Shown here piece after piece: positions 60,769-64,000 of a stretch of 64,000 bases of DNA. Position numbers and translations under genes: made by a program. The notes beneath the pieces were generated by a model, which worked only from the letters and a program-made list of their open reading frames with translations, did no database searches and was not told the DNA's origin. The DNA comes from Candidatus Parcubacteria bacterium. GTDB taxonomy: Bacteria; Patescibacteriota; Minisyncoccia; UBA6257; HR35. The stretch is from assembly GCA_026004495.1 (NCBI GenBank), contig BPJG01000001.1:277133-341132 (forward strand), given 5' to 3'. The first letter of the stretch is position 1, and each line of letters starts with the position of its first letter.

Positions 60769-63700
60769 TCTTTTTTGGCTTAATAAAATTAATTGTCTCG
60801 AATATATTGCCTGTTAAATTTTTAACGATTAAAGCTAAAAACTTACCAAAATTATTTGCTGATCCTCCATCACCTCCATCTTCTTCTAGGGGCGGACCCG
60901 AAGAACCACTACTTTGATTTCTTATTTGAGCATTAATAGAAGCTTCTAATTCAATAATTGAATTATTATAATCCTCACATAACGAAGAAAGTTCGGTATC
61001 GATATTATTTAATTCTTCTATTATTTTTTGTATTTCTTGATAAACATTATTTATTTGATTTTGATCAATTCCTGATTGTTGGAAAATCTTATCCATTTCA
61101 TTGTCATGTTGTTGCTTTAATTTAGTTAATTGAGTATTTAATTGATTTATTTGATTTTGAGTGTTAATAATATTATTTTTGTTTATAAAATTAAATAAGT
61201 CTTTAAAATTAGATGAAATTCTTAATAAAAGTCGAAATACTTCTCGAGTATTAAGTTGAATTGAATAATTATTAGGACCTTGTAAAGTAAAGGAATGATT
61301 TAAGTCAGACAATTTTGGATCACTGGTATTGTTAATAAATTTTAAAGTTCTTGAAGCAATCTCTTCTAAATTAGTAAAAAAAGTATTTAATCTATCAATA
61401 TCTGGTTTAGTCATGGTAGCAGTACCGTTAAGGAAATTGTTTAATTGACTAGTAACTGCAGTTAATAAATTCTGTTGATTTTCTGAAACAGCTGCTGATT
61501 GCGGAATGCTATATAAAATAGCAAAAATTTTAGCTGACATATCTGCAATCACAAAATCTGGATGTCGTTCAATATTAATAGACGTTCTTTTTGACCCAAA
61601 AACATCTTCTGTTATAATTATCGATGCTAAATTTGTATTAAAAAAAGAGCCAATATTATTAAGCCCTGCTATTGCATTAACTAATTCAGGATAAAAATGG
61701 TCATAAAAACTTAACCTTATTGAGGAGCCTAAGCTTAAAATTTTTATATTTGAGCCATACTCCGAATTACTAAATGGAATATTAAATATAGGCTCATGAT
61801 AATAATACCTAGGATCAGGATGAATGTCGTTTACATTGGCATTAAGAAAAAGATTGCTAATTTTAGGATTGTTAACATCTCTTAAAATTTGATCTATTTT
61901 TTCTTGAATTTGTTTTTTTGTTTGCTCAATGTCTGATGAAAGTTTATTAATTTCTTGATTTAACCTATCAATTTCTTTAGTTATAGTTGAATTATTTAGG
62001 TTATTTAAAGTAGTAATTAATTGATTTAATGTTGTACTGGCTAAGTTGAGGTGTTGTTGAGTGTTAGAACTTAATTCGTTTAACCTTGATGAGATATTCT
62101 CTAGTCCATTAGAATAATTATTAAGTTGACCCAAGAATAACCCTGGATTGTTAAGAAATGCTATATAATTTGTAGTTATGGTGGTAATAGCATCTGTTAT
62201 GGTAGCATAATAAGCTGAGTTTTTATTTTGTAAATTAGGTATAAGCTCAATAATTTGTTTAATTTCGATTAATTTATTTTGAACGTTAAATGTATTCATT
62301 CCTAAACCAAGTGCTCTGTTGTCAAAAACAACATTTTGACAGACTTCTTTTAGCCCAGTAACTCCAGAATTATTTAATTTGTCACAATCTTTTTGTTGTT
62401 GAGAGTATATTTTGTCCAAATTATTTTGTATAAATAATTCTTGGTTTTCTCCTTTATTAAAATCAGCAAAGCCTTTATCGATTAAATTAAATAAACTACT
62501 GTTTATCCATCCCCTGATAAAGGTTGCAATAACATTACCTGAAGAAGATTGATTAAGAAAATCAAATGTATTTTTTGAAATTTTTTCTCGTAAATCTTCA
62601 TAGGTAGCAATTGGATTTTTAATTTCGTCCTTTTTAATACAAAAACTACTTTCACCAGTGATTCCACTCTTTCTTTGCTGGTCAGCAATTTTTTTATATT
62701 CGTTAATGGTATTTTGTAAGCTAGCTATTTTATTATTATCAGGGTTTGATTTTTTTTGTTCTTCTTCTAATTGAGCTTGAAGGGTTTCTAATTTAGCTTC
62801 AGCATCAGTTTTAAGACAGGCAGTTTTAGGCATAAATGTTGTTCCGCCTGGTTCATTAGAATAGGCATTAAATGTTGATAATTCTTCATCTAATTCTTGA
62901 AATATTTTAGCTGTTGAAGTATTAAAAATTAAATTACAATTAGCAATTTCAATAGCCTGATTAATAATTTGCTCTTGATCAATTAGTTTATTTTGATCAA
63001 GATTATTTCTTGTTTGTCCCAAAAGATTCCTTAAGTTAATAATTTTAAAAGGATTAGCAAAGAAATTTCCTAATTTAAGGGCTAAATTTTTTTCATTATT
63101 TTCTGCCCTAGCCAAGATTTGATTAGTTGGTTTAATATAGGCAGTTAAAGTAGCTGAACTTTTTTGAACTATAACCGAAGGACTTAAGCCTAAGGCTGTA
63201 TATATGTGAAAGGTATTGGGATCATTAGGATCACAATTAGGTTTATTTAAAATACTAAATCTATTTGTTTTAGTTATCGATCTAAAAATTTTTTTTGCTG
63301 CCTTAGGATCTTTTGATTTATCCATAAATGCACTCGCTTTAGCATTTAGTTCCTTTAATAAGTTATAAGCACAAGCTTTTACTTCAAAGGGTAAACATTG
63401 AATATTTTCATCTTGAGTATAAGGTTTTAATAATTTATCAACAGCTCGAGTATAGGCTTGACTCATCCTTAAGTATCTATATTGTTGAATATCAGGAATA
63501 AAATTCTTGGATATTTTATTATAGACCAAATTTTCTAAAGTAGATTTTAATTTAAATTTAAAATAATCTTGGGAATCACTAAGTCCTAATTTTATTCCTG
63601 TTTCAAGTTGGGTAACAAAATTTTTTGCTGTTTCTTCAATGCTTTTGCCAATTAATCCTTGGGAACCCTTATCATCAGTAGGCACACTACCACCACCAAA

Positions 63701-64000
63701 TAATCCTCCCAATCCTCCCAAAAGATTTCCTAAAAAATTACCAACAATACTAGCAATTTTAGACATGCCCTCCATTATTAATTGATTTTTTACCATTTCA
63801 ATAAATGTTTTAAAATTAAAATTAAAATTACCCTTACCAACACCAGGCATTGGTAGGGGTAGATAACCATAATCAGGAACAGCATTTTCTAAGCACTCAA
63901 TAACTTGATTTAAATTATTAACTATAGTAGGAAAGTTTCTTGAAATACAACCTGTATTAATCCCAGATGACCCAACACAAGATCTAAGATTATTAAAATC
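60755..64000 (-). CDS. Very large protein (>1080 aa, N-terminus beyond the window) with a Gly-rich segment and coiled-coil/Asn-rich regions; first visible gene of the type IV secretion-like operon
   Basis: The track ORF 60755-63850 begins at an internal ATG. Hand translation of the minus strand over 63851-64000 (DFNNLRSCVGSSGINTGCIS...YGYLPLPMPG) shows the frame stays open to the window edge. It contains GNLLGGLGGLFGGG and long Q/N/L-rich heptad-like stretches. Confidence 0.55.
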   Translation of the reverse strand, partial: DFNNLRSCVGSSGINTGCISRNFPTIVNNLNQVIECLENAVPDYGYLPLPMPGVGKGNFNFNFKTFIEMVKNQLIMEGMSKIASIVGNFLGNLLGGLGGLFGGGSVPTDDKGSQGLIGKSIEETAKNFVTQLETGIKLGLSDSQDYFKFKLKSTLENLVYNKISKNFIPDIQQYRYLRMSQAYTRAVDKLLKPYTQDENIQCLPFEVKACAYNLLKELNAKASAFMDKSKDPKAAKKIFRSITKTNRFSILNKPNCDPNDPNTFHIYTALGLSPSVIVQKSSATLTAYIKPTNQILARAENNEKNLALKLGNFFANPFKIINLRNLLGQTRNNLDQNKLIDQEQIINQAIEIANCNLIFNTSTAKIFQELDEELSTFNAYSNEPGGTTFMPKTACLKTDAEAKLETLQAQLEEEQKKSNPDNNKIASLQNTINEYKKIADQQRKSGITGESSFCIKKDEIKNPIATYEDLREKISKNTFDFLNQSSSGNVIATFIRGWINSSLFNLIDKGFADFNKGENQELFIQNNLDKIYSQQQKDCDKLNNSGVTGLKEVCQNVVFDNRALGLGMNTFNVQNKLIEIKQIIELIPNLQNKNSAYYATITDAITTITTNYIAFLNNPGLFLGQLNNYSNGLENISSRLNELSSNTQQHLNLASTTLNQLITTLNNLNNSTITKEIDRLNQEINKLSSDIEQTKKQIQEKIDQILRDVNNPKISNLFLNANVNDIHPDPRYYYHEPIFNIPFSNSEYGSNIKILSLGSSIRLSFYDHFYPELVNAIAGLNNIGSFFNTNLASIIITEDVFGSKRTSINIERHPDFVIADMSAKIFAILYSIPQSAAVSENQQNLLTAVTSQLNNFLNGTATMTKPDIDRLNTFFTNLEEIASRTLKFINNTSDPKLSDLNHSFTLQGPNNYSIQLNTREVFRLLLRISSNFKDLFNFINKNNIINTQNQINQLNTQLTKLKQQHDNEMDKIFQQSGIDQNQINNVYQEIQKIIEELNNIDTELSSLCEDYNNSIIELEASINAQIRNQSSGSSGPPLEEDGGDGGSANNFGKFLALIVKNLTGNIFETINFIKPKKIEIK

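Noticed and set aside
55098-62688. Small ORFs inside or antisense to large operon genes (55098-55358, 54505-54687, 58665-58928, 61506-61694, 62503-62688)
   Set aside because: They are nested in or antisense to much longer ORFs with motif support (VirB4 Walker motifs and others), and are typical AT-rich chance frames.

Overview
The window is very AT-rich (about 25-30% GC, judged by eye) and almost entirely coding, with short, often overlapping intergenic regions. This style resembles a reduced-genome bacterium (Candidate Phyla Radiation / Patescibacteria-like); that placement is inference only.

Housekeeping content supported by motifs:
- Replication origin block: dnaA and dnaN on the minus strand, divergent from rpmH-rnpA-yidC on the plus strand.
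- Translation and tRNA modification: infB-rbfA, gltX, serS, rplS, tsaD, tsaE.
- Other core genes: polA, pgk, an IscS-type cysteine desulfurase, a YebC regulator.
- Cell envelope and DNA uptake: a PBP1A, a PilB/GspE ATPase, a ComM/YifB ATPase.
- RNA genes: a stand-alone 23S rRNA gene on the minus strand (no 16S or 5S beside it) and ten tRNA genes.

Three regions stand out.

1. Positions 1-4570: a higher-GC island next to tRNA-Glu and tRNA-Cys.
- It carries a restriction-modification module: an HTH controller protein, two permuted amino-methyltransferases (SPPY and DPPY motifs), and an ORF that runs off the window start and is absent from the ORF track, probably the endonuclease.
- Next to it is a 519-aa large serine recombinase. 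Its gene is flanked by perfect 72-bp GC-rich inverted repeats at 2862-2933 and 4429-4500.
- The right repeat overlaps the 3' CCA end of tRNA-Glu, and the recombinase reading frame runs through that repeat into the antisense tRNA.
- Just upstream lies a 250-bp cluster of nested GC hairpins of unknown function.

2. Positions 17201-21321: a tandem array of seven small two-helix membrane proteins. They look like VirB2/TrbC-type pilins, and several carry extra N- or C-terminal extracellular domains.

3. Positions 50746 to beyond 64000: a co-directional, tightly packed operon that looks like a minimal type IV secretion apparatus.
- It includes a VirB4-like ATPase with the DEAW Walker B motif, a 715-aa polytopic VirB6-like protein, small two- and four-helix membrane proteins, and a pilin-like protein fused to a 3D (lytic transglycosylase-like) domain.
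- A protein of more than 1080 aa runs off the window end.
- No relaxase or VirD4 coupling protein is visible in the window.

I put the most weight on the recombinase/inverted-repeat module and on the combination of the pilin array with the type IV secretion-like operon. Every call rests on reading the sequence and remembered family motifs. No database search or structure-prediction software was run.
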